Shown here: positions 17,120 to 27,624 of the stretch, piece after piece
Position numbering within the stretch: the stretch's first letter is position 1
Layout of the letters: each line of letters opens with the position of its first letter
NCBI GenBank assembly: GCA_963775425.1
Contig: CAVZJB010000018.1
Coordinates: 32,001-96,000, forward strand
DNA: 64,000 bases
Reading direction: 5' to 3'
Source of the DNA: an uncultured delta proteobacterium
Lineage (GTDB): Bacteria > Myxococcota > UBA727 > VGSZ01
The notes under the pieces: model-generated
The model's input: the letters and a program-made list of their open reading frames with translations, nothing else
Database searches by the model: none
What the model was told of the DNA's origin: nothing
Program-made: the position numbers and the translations under genes

Positions 17120-18604
17120 ATGAACGACTACGCAGACGTCGACGCCACCACCCTCGCCGAGCGCGTGCGCGCGGGCGATGTCACGCCGGCCGAGCTCGTC
17201 GACGACGCCATCGCCGCCGTCGACAAGGTGAACCCGGAGCTGAACGGGCTCATCCACAAGATGTTCGACAAGGCGCGCGCGCAGGCCAGGGGCGCGCTGC
17301 CCGACGGGCCCTTTCGCGGCGTGCCGTTCGTCGTCAAGGACCTCGACGGCTTCCTCGCGGACGAGCCCTATACGCAGGCCTGCCGGATGTCCGCCCGCTT
17401 CGTGCCCGACCACGACGCCGAGGTCATCGCGCGCATGAAGAGGACGGGCGTCGTCATCATCGGCAAGACCAACTGCCCCGAGCTCGGCCTGCTCGGCGTC
17501 ACCGAGCCCGAGCTGTGGGGCCCGACGAAGAACCCGTGGAACACCGGGCGCACGCCCGGCGGCTCGTCGGGCGGGACGGCGGCGATGGTGGCGGCGCGCG
17601 TGGTGCCCATGGGCCACGGCGGCGACGGCGGCGGCTCCATCCGCATCCCGTCGTCGGCGTGCGGGCTGTTCGGCTTGAAGCCCACGCGCGGCCGAAACCC
17701 GCTCGGCCCCGACGTCGGCGAGGGGTGGGGCGGCTACGTGCAGCAGGGCGTCTTGACGAGGAGCGTGCGCGACTGCGCCGCCATGCTCGACGCCACGCAG
17801 GGCTACGAGCCGGGCGCGCCGTACGCGGCGCCGCCGCGCGCGCGGCCGTTCGTCGAGGAGGCGAAGACCGCGCCGCGCAAGCTGCGCATCGCGTTTTCGA
17901 CGTCGTCGCTGCTCGGGCGCGAGACGCACCCCGACTGCGTCGCCGCCGTCAAGGACGCGGCGGCGCTGTGCGACAAGCTCGGCCACGAGGTCTTCGAGCG
18001 CGCGCCCGCGCTCGACAAGCAGGCGCTCGTCGCGGCGTACTTCGCGCAGGTCGCGGTGGGCACGGCGGCGGGCATCGACATGACCGCCCGCTGGGTGGGC
18101 AGGAAGCCGTCGCCCGACAGCTTCGAGGCCACCACGTGGCTGCTCGGGCAGATCGGCCGCAAGCTCCCCGCCACCGAGCTGCAGCGGTCGCGCGACGCGT
18201 GCCAGACCGCGGGCTTCGCCGTCGCGCGCTTCTTCGCCGACGGCGTCGACGTATTCTTGAACCCGACGATGGCGCACCCGCCGTCGGCCATCGGCGAATT
18301 GTCCTTGAAGCCGGCGGAGCGGGTGGCGCTCGCGGCGCTGCGCGCGGTGTCGCCCAAGGTCGTCCTCGACAAGCTGCTCGCAGACCTCGGCGCCAACGCC
18401 CTCGAAAAGACGCCCAACACGCAGGTGGCGAACATGGTGGGGACGCCGGCGATGAGCGTGCCGCTGTTCTGGACGGCGGCGGGGCTGCCCATCGGCGCGC
18501 AGTTCATGGCGCCCTTCGGCGACGAGGCCACGCTCCTGCAGTTGGCGGCGCAGCTCGAACAGGAGCGCCCGTGGGCGCACAAGAAGCCGCGGGTGTGCGC
18601 GTGA
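17120..18604 (+). CDS. Amidase (amidase signature family)
   Basis: GVPFVVKD, GKTNCPE, GGSSGG and DGGGSIRIP motifs. Confidence 0.95.
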   Translation: MNDYADVDATTLAERVRAGDVTPAELVDDAIAAVDKVNPELNGLIHKMFDKARAQARGALPDGPFRGVPFVVKDLDGFLADEPYTQACRMSARFVPDHDAEVIARMKRTGVVIIGKTNCPELGLLGVTEPELWGPTKNPWNTGRTPGGSSGGTAAMVAARVVPMGHGGDGGGSIRIPSSACGLFGLKPTRGRNPLGPDVGEGWGGYVQQGVLTRSVRDCAAMLDATQGYEPGAPYAAPPRARPFVEEAKTAPRKLRIAFSTSSLLGRETHPDCVAAVKDAAALCDKLGHEVFERAPALDKQALVAAYFAQVAVGTAAGIDMTARWVGRKPSPDSFEATTWLLGQIGRKLPATELQRSRDACQTAGFAVARFFADGVDVFLNPTMAHPPSAIGELSLKPAERVALAALRAVSPKVVLDKLLADLGANALEKTPNTQVANMVGTPAMSVPLFWTAAGLPIGAQFMAPFGDEATLLQLAAQLEQERPWAHKKPRVCA

Positions 18605-18665
18605 CGGGCGCGTCGTCGACAGCCTCGAGCTGCGGGAGCCGCAGCGCTCCCCCGCAGCGCGCCGC

Positions 18666-19265
18666 GTGCGGGCGGCGGCGGTGACGGGCGGCGACGGGCG
18701 ACTGATCGATCCGCCGCGGCGCATCCCGCTGTGGCTGCGGCCGGGGCTGTGGCTCACCAAGCGCATCACCGGCAAGGATCCGCTGCCGGCGCGCCTGCTG
18801 GCGCACGCGCCCAAGCTCGCCGCCGGCTACGGCGTCTTCGAGCTGCTGGCGGCGCACGCGCCCAAGGACCTCGACGCGCGCTCGCTTGCCGCCGCGCGCA
18901 TCGTGGCCAGCGTCGTCGGCGGCTGTCCCTTCTGCATCGACATGAACGCCGCCACCTGGAAGGAAGCGGGCCTCTCGCCCGACGAGCTCCGCCTGCTCCT
19001 CGACGAGGGCGCCGACACCTCGGGGCTCGGCGCGCGCGAGCACCTCGCGGCGGTGTACGCGCGCGCGCTGTCGCAGACGCCGGTGGTCGTCGACGACGCG
19101 CTGCGGGCGTCGCTCACGTCGACGTTTTCGCCGCGCGAGATCGTGGTGCTCGCCGCCACCGTCGCGCAGGTGAACGCGTGGACGCGCTTCAACCAGGGCC
19201 TCGGCGTGCCCGCCGCCGGCTTCTTCGACGAGAGCGCGTGCCCGGTGCGCCTCCCGGCGCCGTGA
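18666..19265 (+). CDS. Carboxymuconolactone decarboxylase/AhpD-family protein
   Basis: GCPFCID motif and NAWTRFN C-terminal motif; start uncertain. Confidence 0.8.
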   Translation: MRAAAVTGGDGRLIDPPRRIPLWLRPGLWLTKRITGKDPLPARLLAHAPKLAAGYGVFELLAAHAPKDLDARSLAAARIVASVVGGCPFCIDMNAATWKEAGLSPDELRLLLDEGADTSGLGAREHLAAVYARALSQTPVVVDDALRASLTSTFSPREIVVLAATVAQVNAWTRFNQGLGVPAAGFFDESACPVRLPAP

Positions 19266-19281
19266 GTGTTATGACGCGGCG

Positions 19282-20553
19282 ATGACGTCGTCGCGCGGCG
19301 AGTGGGGCGCCTTCCTCCCCATCCTCGCCGTGCAGCTCATCGGCGCGCTGGGCTTCTCCATCGCGCTGCCGTTCCTCGTGTACCTCGTCACCGACTTCGG
19401 CGGCGCCCCGTGGACCTACGGCTTGCTCGGCGCCACGTATTCGGCGTTTCAGCTCGTGGGCGCGCCGCTGATGGGTCGCTGGTCCGACCGCGTCGGGCGC
19501 CGCCGTGTGCTGCTGGTGAGCGAGGGCGGCACCGTGGCGGGGTGGCTGTTGTTCCTCGTCGCGCTCGTCCTGCCGCGCACGGAGCTCGCGCACTTCGCCG
19601 GCGCGTCGATCACCTGGCCGCTCATCGTCGTGTTCGCCGCGCGCGCCCTCGACGGGGTCACCGGCGGCAACATCTCGGTGGCGAGCGCGCTCGTCGCCGA
19701 TCTCACCGTCGGCGACGAGCAGAAGCGGCAGCGCGCCTACGGCCGCATGGGCGTCGCCGCGTCGGTGGGCTTCACCGTCGGCCCGGGCATCGCCGCGCTG
19801 CTCGGCGCGCTCGGCTCGGCGTACGTCGCGCCGGTGCTCGCCGCCACCGTCATGTCCGCCGTCGCCGCCGCGCTGTGCCTGACGCTGCGCGATCCGGACA
19901 AGCGCGCCGCGCCCCGCGCGCGGGTGTCGACGAGCGTGCTCCTCCGGCAACGCTCCACCTTCACCGCGCCCGTGCGGCGCATGCTCGCCGGCACGTTCCT
20001 CTTGTTCCTCGCGTTCAACATCTTCTACGCGGTGTTCCCCGTGCACGCGCAGGGCCCGCTCGGCTTCAGCGCAGGCAAGATGGGCGCGTTCTTCACGGTG
20101 TTGTCCGTGGCGCTCGTCGTGGCGGAGGGGCCCGTGCTGACGGCGGCGAGCCGGCGGGTCCGCCCCGGGCGCCTGTTCGCCGGCGGCATGGTGCTGCTCG
20201 CGCTGTCGTTCGTCGCCTTCACGCGCGCGGAGCCGGTGCCGCTGTTCGGCGGCGCCATGTTGTTCGCGCTCGGCAACGGGCTGTCGTGGCCGACCTTCCA
20301 GGCGCGCATCGCCGCCGTGGCCGGCGCCGAGGACCAGGGCACGGTGCAGGGCGCCGCCGGCAGCGCCGGCAGCCTCGCGAGCATCGTCGGGCTCGTCGGC
20401 GGCGGCGTCTTGTACGGCGCCGCCGGCACCTGGCTCTTCGTCGCCGCGGGCGCGCTCTTCCTCGCGCTCGGCGTCGCGTCGCGCGCCTTCTTCCCGCGCG
20501 CGGCGGCGCCCGCGGACGCGTCGACGCAAACAGGCGTGGACGAGCCGGCTTAG
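19282..20553 (+). CDS. MFS transporter (TetA/DHA1-like)
   Basis: GRWSDRVGRRRVL motif A, RALDGVTGGN, about 12 TM helices. Confidence 0.92.
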   Translation: MTSSRGEWGAFLPILAVQLIGALGFSIALPFLVYLVTDFGGAPWTYGLLGATYSAFQLVGAPLMGRWSDRVGRRRVLLVSEGGTVAGWLLFLVALVLPRTELAHFAGASITWPLIVVFAARALDGVTGGNISVASALVADLTVGDEQKRQRAYGRMGVAASVGFTVGPGIAALLGALGSAYVAPVLAATVMSAVAAALCLTLRDPDKRAAPRARVSTSVLLRQRSTFTAPVRRMLAGTFLLFLAFNIFYAVFPVHAQGPLGFSAGKMGAFFTVLSVALVVAEGPVLTAASRRVRPGRLFAGGMVLLALSFVAFTRAEPVPLFGGAMLFALGNGLSWPTFQARIAAVAGAEDQGTVQGAAGSAGSLASIVGLVGGGVLYGAAGTWLFVAAGALFLALGVASRAFFPRAAAPADASTQTGVDEPA

Positions 20554-20635
20554 AGCGCTCGTGTCGCGCCGCGGGAGCGGGCGGGCCACCCGCCGGCCCA
20601 GGCCGGCGATCGGTGGCTTCTCGTCGAGGATCGAG

Positions 20636-20712
20636 TGGGGCGACCGACGGGGCTCGAACCCGCGACTCCCGGAATCACAATCCAGTGCTCTACCAACTGA
20701 GCTACGGTCGCC
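20636..20712 (-). tRNA. tRNA-His (GTG)
   Basis: Full cloverleaf with G-1, GCGACCG/CGGTCGC acceptor stem, anticodon GTG, TTCGA T-loop and encoded CCA. Confidence 0.97.
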
Positions 20713-20852
20713 ACAGCTCGACGAGGCCCTTCCTTATCCGGTCGCGTCGCGCGCTCGTCAAGGCATTCCCCGCACACCGGCGCCACACGTGACCCCCGGC
20801 GCAACGGATCTTGCGCGCGGGGGCCAAGCCCGCACGAACCCAAGGAGGGCGC

Positions 20853-21242
20853 ATGCGTTGGCTCGTGCTCATGCTCATGCTCGTCGCCGGCACCGCCGGC
20901 TGCGGCGAAGACCCCAGGCAGGCCGTGGAGGACGCGATAGCGCGTCGACCTCGAGCCGCTCGAGCGCAACGGCCGGTGGCGATCATCGCGCCGTCGACGC
21001 GGGCGCGGGCGCGCGCATTCACGTCGAGGCGCGCGGATCCGAAACGGTTCGACGCCGCGCGTCGTCGTCGTGCTCGAGGGGCGCCGGAGCTCGCTGCGCT
21101 ACGGGCGCACGATGCAGTCCTCGATGAGCGCGAAGAAGACGTCGCCGGCGGCGGGCGCGTCGATGCGCACGTAGCGCCAGCCGACGTGAGCGTTGCAGGA
21201 GCCGCAGTGCGCGTAGATCCACGCGGTGCCCGGGAACCATGA
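20853..21242 (+). pseudogene. Possible lipoprotein gene remnant
   Basis: Good RBS (AAGGAGG) and lipobox MRWLVLMLMLVAGTAGC, but the downstream frame is Arg-rich and overlaps the cereblon-like gene. Confidence 0.3.
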
Positions 21243-21467
21243 CGTCTCCGCGTCGGGCACGCCCTCCACGCGGGCCCCGGGGACGTCCCGGAAGCACACG
21301 ACGTGGAAGATGATCCCCGAGGGGTTCATGAACACGTGCGCGTGGCGCCCCGCGACAGCGACCGCCTCTGCCTCGGTGGTCAGGCCATGGCCGCAGCGGG
21401 CGCAGCGCACCGCGGGCTCTGCCTCGTCGACGACGTCGGAGCGGGGGGCGGTCGCGTCGAGCGCCAT
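21099..21467 (-). CDS. Cereblon-like (CULT/thalidomide-binding domain, yippee-like) Zn protein
   Basis: CARC..CGSC zinc ligands, FMNPSG, SWFPGTAW and HVGWRY aromatic cage. Confidence 0.88.
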   Translation of the reverse strand: MALDATAPRSDVVDEAEPAVRCARCGHGLTTEAEAVAVAGRHAHVFMNPSGIIFHVVCFRDVPGARVEGVPDAETSWFPGTAWIYAHCGSCNAHVGWRYVRIDAPAAGDVFFALIEDCIVRP

Positions 21468-21567
21468 GACGCCACCATCGCGCAGCCGCGCGCTGCCGTC
21501 ACCCGCGGGGACACGGAGCCCGCCGACGCCCCTGGCCCGGTCGCGATCGGCGTGACATGCCGTCGGC

Positions 21568-22494
21568 ATGAGCGCGCCGAACGACAAGAGCGTCCCGTGG
21601 GTGGCGCTCGTGCAGTCGCAGAAGGGACGCAGCAAGCTGCACGCAAAGCTCGCGCGCACCATGATGCGCACCGTCGATCGCTGGCGGCTCGTCGAGCCCG
21701 GCGACCACATCATGGTCGCCGTCTCCGGCGGCAAGGACAGCTACGCCCTCGTGGATTTGTTGTGGGAGGCCCGCAAGCGCGCGCCGTTCTCCTTCGACGT
21801 CACCGCCGTCCACCTCGACCAGGTGCAGCCCGGCTACGACGGCCGCTCCCTCGTCGAGTGGCTGCGCAACGCCGGCGTGCCCTTCGAGATCTTGCGCGAG
21901 GACACCTACTCCATCGTGAAGGAGAAGACACACGAGGGGCAGGCGTACTGCTTCATGTGCGCGCGCCTGCGCCGCGGCATCCTCTACTCGGCGGCGCAGC
22001 GCCTCGGCTGCAACAAGCTCGCGCTCGGGCACCACCGCGACGACGCCCTCGAGACGCTCCTCATGAACCTCTGCTACGCGGGCAAGCTGCAGGCGATGCC
22101 GGCGCGCTACACCACCGACGACGGCGCGCTCGACGTCATCCGCCCCCTCGTCGACGCGGCCGAGGCCGACCTGCGCGCGTTCTCCGCCGAGCGCGGCTAT
22201 CCCATCCTGCCGTGCAACCTGTGCGGCTCCCAGGACGGGCTCAAGCGCGACGCCATGGCCGCGCTGCTGGACTCGCTCGAGGCGCAGATCCCCGATGTCC
22301 GCGCCGTCATGCACCACGCCATCGGCAACGTGCGCCCCACGCACCTGCTCGACCCGGAGGTGCGCGCGGCCTGGGACGCCCGCGATCCCGGCATCCGCCC
22401 CAGCGCGCCGTCGACGACGGGCCCGCGCAAGATGACCGGCGCCGTCGTCGCGTCGTCCTCGCCGCTGCGCATCCTCGACGAGGACGCGGGCTGA
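21568..22494 (+). CDS. ttcA: tRNA 2-thiocytidine(32) synthetase TtcA
   Basis: SGGKDS PP-loop, CFMCARLRRG, GHHRDD and PCNLCGSQ motifs. Confidence 0.95.
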   Translation: MSAPNDKSVPWVALVQSQKGRSKLHAKLARTMMRTVDRWRLVEPGDHIMVAVSGGKDSYALVDLLWEARKRAPFSFDVTAVHLDQVQPGYDGRSLVEWLRNAGVPFEILREDTYSIVKEKTHEGQAYCFMCARLRRGILYSAAQRLGCNKLALGHHRDDALETLLMNLCYAGKLQAMPARYTTDDGALDVIRPLVDAAEADLRAFSAERGYPILPCNLCGSQDGLKRDAMAALLDSLEAQIPDVRAVMHHAIGNVRPTHLLDPEVRAAWDARDPGIRPSAPSTTGPRKMTGAVVASSSPLRILDEDAG

Positions 22495-22533
22495 GCGCGG
22501 CGCGCTTTTCTCGGGCGGGGGCTCAGCCCCGCG

Positions 22534-23253
22534 TCAATAGTTCGGGTCCCAGTCGGACGCCGGCAGGATCTTCCAACCCGAGTCGTAGCTCTTGGTGTGC
22601 ACGCGCAGCACGCGCAGCGGCCACAGGCGCGAGCGCTTGCCGTTCTCCTTCTCCTCGATGGTGAAGCGGTGCAGCTCGAGGGTGTAGTTGCCCTGCTTGC
22701 CGAGCTTCTTCACCTCTTTGCGCCACGGGTTCTCCGGGTGCCAGAACACGTCCTTGTCGATGCGGGCGACGTAGGCGAACAGCGGGTAGTCGTCCTGGAA
22801 CTTCACCGCCTGCGCGCGCGTGGGACCGAGCACCTTGTTGGCCTGCTCCTGCGTGAGCTCGAGGTTCTCGCCCTCCTTCACGACGACCGTGTTGAGGGTC
22901 TCGGCGCCGACCTTGTCGACGAGCCACATGGCCTTCACGGCGCCAGCGATGGGCTTTTCCTCCACGCGGGCGGCGTCGCGCTTGACGATGGTCCAGTTGG
23001 GGATGCTGAAGTCCTGCGCCGTGAGCGTGATGCCGCCGAGGAGGTAGTTGCGCGCGTCGACGGCGCCCTTGCCCTTGCCGGCGAGCGCGTTCAGGTACGC
23101 CTCGGCCACCTTGCGCGGATCGTCGAGCGGCCCGGGGCCGTCGATGACGGCGGCGGCCGGCGGCTCTTTCTTCACTTCCCGGGCGGGCCCGGACTTGGCG
23201 GCCCCGTGGGTGGGGGCCAACAGCGTGACGACGACGAGCGCGGCAACCGACAT
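22534..23253 (-). CDS. Hypothetical exported protein
   Basis: RBS, signal peptide, coding-like codon usage; no motif recognised. Confidence 0.75.
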   Translation of the reverse strand: MSVAALVVVTLLAPTHGAAKSGPAREVKKEPPAAAVIDGPGPLDDPRKVAEAYLNALAGKGKGAVDARNYLLGGITLTAQDFSIPNWTIVKRDAARVEEKPIAGAVKAMWLVDKVGAETLNTVVVKEGENLELTQEQANKVLGPTRAQAVKFQDDYPLFAYVARIDKDVFWHPENPWRKEVKKLGKQGNYTLELHRFTIEEKENGKRSRLWPLRVLRVHTKSYDSGWKILPASDWDPNY

Positions 23254-23296
23254 GAGGTCTCCTCGGGGCTCCTGGGATGGGACTGCCGACGCTACC

Positions 23297-24034
23297 ATGG
23301 CGGCCATGAGCGCTGCGCGCGTGTCCCTGTTGATCGTCGCTGCCGTCTCCGGCTGCGCGACGACGCGGATCGATCCGGGTCTCTACGATCAAAAGACGTT
23401 CGCCATCGCCAGCGTATTTGCCCGCAAGGACATCGGCTTCGCCAACGTCGGCGGCCCTCCCTCGCTGTACGGCAACGCCCTCGGCGACGAGGTGCTCGAG
23501 ATGGAGCTCGGCGAGACCGAGGTGCGCCTCGGCGAGATCTTCGGCGCGCAGATGGTCCCTCCGGGCAAGGCCCTCGACAAGCGCAAGGCCTACGGCAACC
23601 TGCCCGAGGTGTCCGACCCGGAGGACTACACGCGGGTCAACGACATGACCGCCGTCGACACCGACGCCGCCACCGCGGCGCCCGCGCTCGGGGCGTTGGC
23701 GCAGGCGCTGGGCGTCGACGCCGTCGTCGTGCTCAGCCACGAGTGGACCCTCGCGCGCGACCGCTTCGAGGTCACCGGCGGCGTCACCGCCTACGACCGC
23801 TGCTCCGTCGTCGTCGTCGACGCGCGGGGCCGGCGACTGTGGGACGACGACTTCGTCGTGCAGGTGCCCGCCACACAGCTCGACCAGCTCGGCGTCGGCG
23901 TCGGGCTCGGCTTCAACGGCGCCACCTGGGCCGACGCGGCGCGCCAGCTCGCTCGACGCACCTCGCGCGCCGCGCTCGACGCTGTCGAGCATCGATACCG
24001 GGAAGGGCGGAAGTTGAAGGCGGCCGGTCCGTAG
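23297..24034 (+). CDS. Hypothetical lipoprotein
   Basis: VSGC lipobox; coding-like composition; start may be 23306. Confidence 0.7.
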   Translation: MAAMSAARVSLLIVAAVSGCATTRIDPGLYDQKTFAIASVFARKDIGFANVGGPPSLYGNALGDEVLEMELGETEVRLGEIFGAQMVPPGKALDKRKAYGNLPEVSDPEDYTRVNDMTAVDTDAATAAPALGALAQALGVDAVVVLSHEWTLARDRFEVTGGVTAYDRCSVVVVDARGRRLWDDDFVVQVPATQLDQLGVGVGLGFNGATWADAARQLARRTSRAALDAVEHRYREGRKLKAAGP

Positions 24035-24052
24035 GGCAGCATCGCGAAAGAG

Positions 24053-25333
24053 GTGCACCCGATGCGGGTCGTGGGCTTCGGCCGAACGGACGTGGGCAAG
24101 AAGCGCGGCCACAACGAGGACTATGTGCTCCTCGCGCCGGAGCTCGGCCTGTACATGGTGTGCGACGGCATGGGCGGTCACGCCGCCGGCGAGGTGGCGT
24201 CGGAGTGCGCGGCGCAGACGGTGCGCCGCTACATCGAGTCCAACAAGAAGGTCATGGACGCCTACGACGAGAGCGCCCCGGCCCGCGACTCCCTCCTTCG
24301 GCTCGTGGACGAGGCCGTGCAGCTCGCCTCGCGCGAGGTCTACGCGCTGGCGACGTCGGAGGCGGGCAAGGCCGGCATGGGCACCACGCTCACCATGATG
24401 CTCGTCCTGAAGACGGTCGGCGTCATGGGCCACGTCGGCGACACGCGGCTGTACATGCGGCGCGGGGGTCGGTTGCACCAGCTCTCCGAGGATCACACCT
24501 ACATCAACGAGATGGTGCGGCGGGGCATGGCCACCACCGACGACCTCAAGAAGGGCCCGTACGCCAACGTCATCACGCGCGCCGTGGGCATCCAGCCCAA
24601 CGTCCGCGTGGACACGCTGCTGTTCGACCTGCTCGCGGGCGACACGTTCCTCATGTGCTCCGACGGCCTCTCCAAGCACACCGAGGGCCCCGACGAGCTG
24701 TCGCGCATGATGGACAACGATCACGCCGAGAGCATTCCGCAGCAGCTCGTCGATATCGCCAACTCCCGCGGCGGCACCGACAACGTCAGCGCCATCATCC
24801 TGCGCACCGAGGGGGAAGAGGGCGACGACGCCGTCGACAGGAACCGCACCACCGAGGTCAACCTCAAGCTCGACACGCTCAAGGACATCGCGCTGTTCCG
24901 TCACCTGGACATGGGTGAGCTGTGCAAGGTGCTGAACGTCGTGCGCGCGCAGGAGTGCGACAAGGGTGAGGTCGTGCTCCGCGAGGGGGAGCCGGGCGAC
25001 TCGCTCTACGCCATCCTCGACGGCAAGTTCGTCGTCACGCGCGGCGGCCAGCCCATCGCGTGGCTGGAGGCGGGCACGCACTTCGGCGAGATGGCGCTGT
25101 TCAACAACCGTCCCCGCTCGGCCACCATCGAGGCGCTCGAGCGCTCGCGCGTCCTCGTCATGGAGCGCGTGCGCTTCAACGAGCTCATCCGCAAGGAGCC
25201 GCAGCTCGGCGTGAAGCTCCTCTGGGCGTTCGCGCAGGTGCTGTCCTTGCGCCTCGACGAGACCAGCGTGCAGCTCTACGGCAGCGTCACCCAGGAGCGC
25301 GACACCGACGTCACCATGCCCTTCAAGGGCTGA
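24053..25333 (+). CDS. PP2C (Stp1-type) Ser/Thr phosphatase fused to a cyclic-nucleotide-binding domain
   Basis: NED, CDGMGGH, MGTT, HVGD, CSDGL and GGTDN motifs; C-terminal FGEMAL...RSAT; start may be 24062. Confidence 0.93.
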   Translation: MHPMRVVGFGRTDVGKKRGHNEDYVLLAPELGLYMVCDGMGGHAAGEVASECAAQTVRRYIESNKKVMDAYDESAPARDSLLRLVDEAVQLASREVYALATSEAGKAGMGTTLTMMLVLKTVGVMGHVGDTRLYMRRGGRLHQLSEDHTYINEMVRRGMATTDDLKKGPYANVITRAVGIQPNVRVDTLLFDLLAGDTFLMCSDGLSKHTEGPDELSRMMDNDHAESIPQQLVDIANSRGGTDNVSAIILRTEGEEGDDAVDRNRTTEVNLKLDTLKDIALFRHLDMGELCKVLNVVRAQECDKGEVVLREGEPGDSLYAILDGKFVVTRGGQPIAWLEAGTHFGEMALFNNRPRSATIEALERSRVLVMERVRFNELIRKEPQLGVKLLWAFAQVLSLRLDETSVQLYGSVTQERDTDVTMPFKG

Positions 25334-25357
25334 CGGCGCGAGGGGCGCGGCCCCGGC

Positions 25358-26878
25358 TCACTGCAAAAACGGGCTCGACGTCAGCCAGGCGTCCTGCGGG
25401 TAGTACGCGAAGATCAGCGTGCCCTCCTTGACGACGTCGATGACGGCGGCGGAGCGACTCTGAGCGACGGCGAAGCAGCCGTTGCTTCTGCCGAGGTAAC
25501 CGTTTTGCGCGAGGAAGTCGTCCTCGGCGTAGGTGGCGCCGTGCATGACGATGGCGCGCGAGCGCATGTTGTCGTTGGAGCCCTCGAGGCCGTCGAGGCG
25601 CAGCGAGTAGCCGTGGTTGCCCTGGTACGTCTCGGCGGTGCGCGACAAGCCGAGCGAGGTCTGGTTCGAGCCCGGCGTGTTGGAGAAGGCGTCGGCCATG
25701 GCGGGGTCGCCGGCGGTGTTGCTGCCGCTGCCGTGGGAGACGTGGTCGTTGATGAGGAGCGCGCCCGTGGCGAGGTCCACGATCCACAGGCGCTTCTCCC
25801 AGGACGGCATGGCGAAGTCGATGACGGAGAACACCGTGCTGTCCGTGAGGTCCTGCGCCTTGGCCGCGTTGTAGGCGCGCACCGCGAGCGCGGCGACGTC
25901 GGCGGGGACGCCGGCGGCGACGAGGGCGTCGGGGCCGAAGCCGTCGGGGCCTGCGTCGCCGTCGGGGAGGAAGCTGAAGGTGGCGGAGAACGGGCCTTCG
26001 CCGTCGGTGCCGTCGGCGCGCACGTAGCTGTCGAGCACCACCCACGCCTCGCCGGCGTCGACGTGGGCCGCCGCGCGCTGGTCGTTGCGCGCGAGGCACG
26101 CGGAGGGATCGTCGGCGCTCAGGATGTGGACGTCGACGTCGGTGGGGCCGGCCTCGAGGCCCGCGTCGAGCGCGACGGTGAGGACGCCGGCGGCGGGGAC
26201 GGCGACGCGGTAGACGAGCTCGGGCCCGGACTCGTCCGTCGACGGCGCGCACGCGTAGCCGTCGAAGCCGGCGGCGCCGTCGACGGTGGTGCCGCTGACG
26301 GTGGCGGGCAGCGTGTCGATGCAGGTGACGCCCGCGGGGCAGTCGCTCTGGTCGTCGGGCGGGGTGTCGTCGGGCGGGGTGTCGTCGGGCGGGGTGTCGT
26401 CGGGGGGCGCGAGCGTGAGGTGCGCGGAGAACGGCCCGGCGAGCGCGTCGCCGGCGGCGTCGGCCCAGGTGTCGAAGACGACGTAGGCGAAGCCGGGCTC
26501 GACGGGCGCCGCGGCGTCGGGGGTGCCCGCGGCGACGCAGGCGGCGGCGTCGAGGGAGCCGAGGATGCGGACGTCGACGTTGACGTCGGCGGCGCCGTCG
26601 TCGAGGACCACGGTGAGGACGCCGGCGGCGTCGACGGGGACGCGGTGGATGCGCTCGGGGCCGGTGTCGTCGGCGCCGGGGGCGCAGGCGTAACCCGCGA
26701 GGGCGGTGGTGCCGCCGGCGGTGTCCCCGTCGATGACGTCGGGGAGCGTGTCGTGGCAGGTGACGCCTGCGGGGCAGTCTCCGTCGTCCGCGGGCGTCAC
26801 CGGGACGGCCGGCGGAGTCGGGGCCGGCCCGCACGCGGTGACGGCAGCGAGGACGGCGACGACGGCGAGCGAGCGCAT
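25358..26878 (-). CDS. Lipoprotein with two repeated N-terminal modules and a murein L,D-transpeptidase catalytic domain
   Basis: VTAC lipobox; duplicated GYACAP..DESGPE module; IDF..PS.EKRL, HGSGS, IVMHGA and GRSNGCFA motifs. Confidence 0.85.
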   Translation of the reverse strand: MRSLAVVAVLAAVTACGPAPTPPAVPVTPADDGDCPAGVTCHDTLPDVIDGDTAGGTTALAGYACAPGADDTGPERIHRVPVDAAGVLTVVLDDGAADVNVDVRILGSLDAAACVAAGTPDAAAPVEPGFAYVVFDTWADAAGDALAGPFSAHLTLAPPDDTPPDDTPPDDTPPDDQSDCPAGVTCIDTLPATVSGTTVDGAAGFDGYACAPSTDESGPELVYRVAVPAAGVLTVALDAGLEAGPTDVDVHILSADDPSACLARNDQRAAAHVDAGEAWVVLDSYVRADGTDGEGPFSATFSFLPDGDAGPDGFGPDALVAAGVPADVAALAVRAYNAAKAQDLTDSTVFSVIDFAMPSWEKRLWIVDLATGALLINDHVSHGSGSNTAGDPAMADAFSNTPGSNQTSLGLSRTAETYQGNHGYSLRLDGLEGSNDNMRSRAIVMHGATYAEDDFLAQNGYLGRSNGCFAVAQSRSAAVIDVVKEGTLIFAYYPQDAWLTSSPFLQ

Positions 26879-27012
26879 GGCGCGCATGCAAACACAAAGC
26901 GCGACGAACCCCAATCGGGCGCCGGCGCGTGCGCACGATCTGAACGTACGGGAACCGCGTGTGTCGCGAGGAGGTTCGCGGGAGGTGCGTCGGGAGGGCG
27001 AGCCCCGACGGG

Positions 27013-27612
<600 letters not shown>

Positions 27613-27624
27613 GCCTCTCCCGTT

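Noticed and set aside
20554-20720. tRNA-His as an integration site for an island or prophage
   Set aside because: No integrase, no duplicated tRNA 3' end and no compositional shift seen
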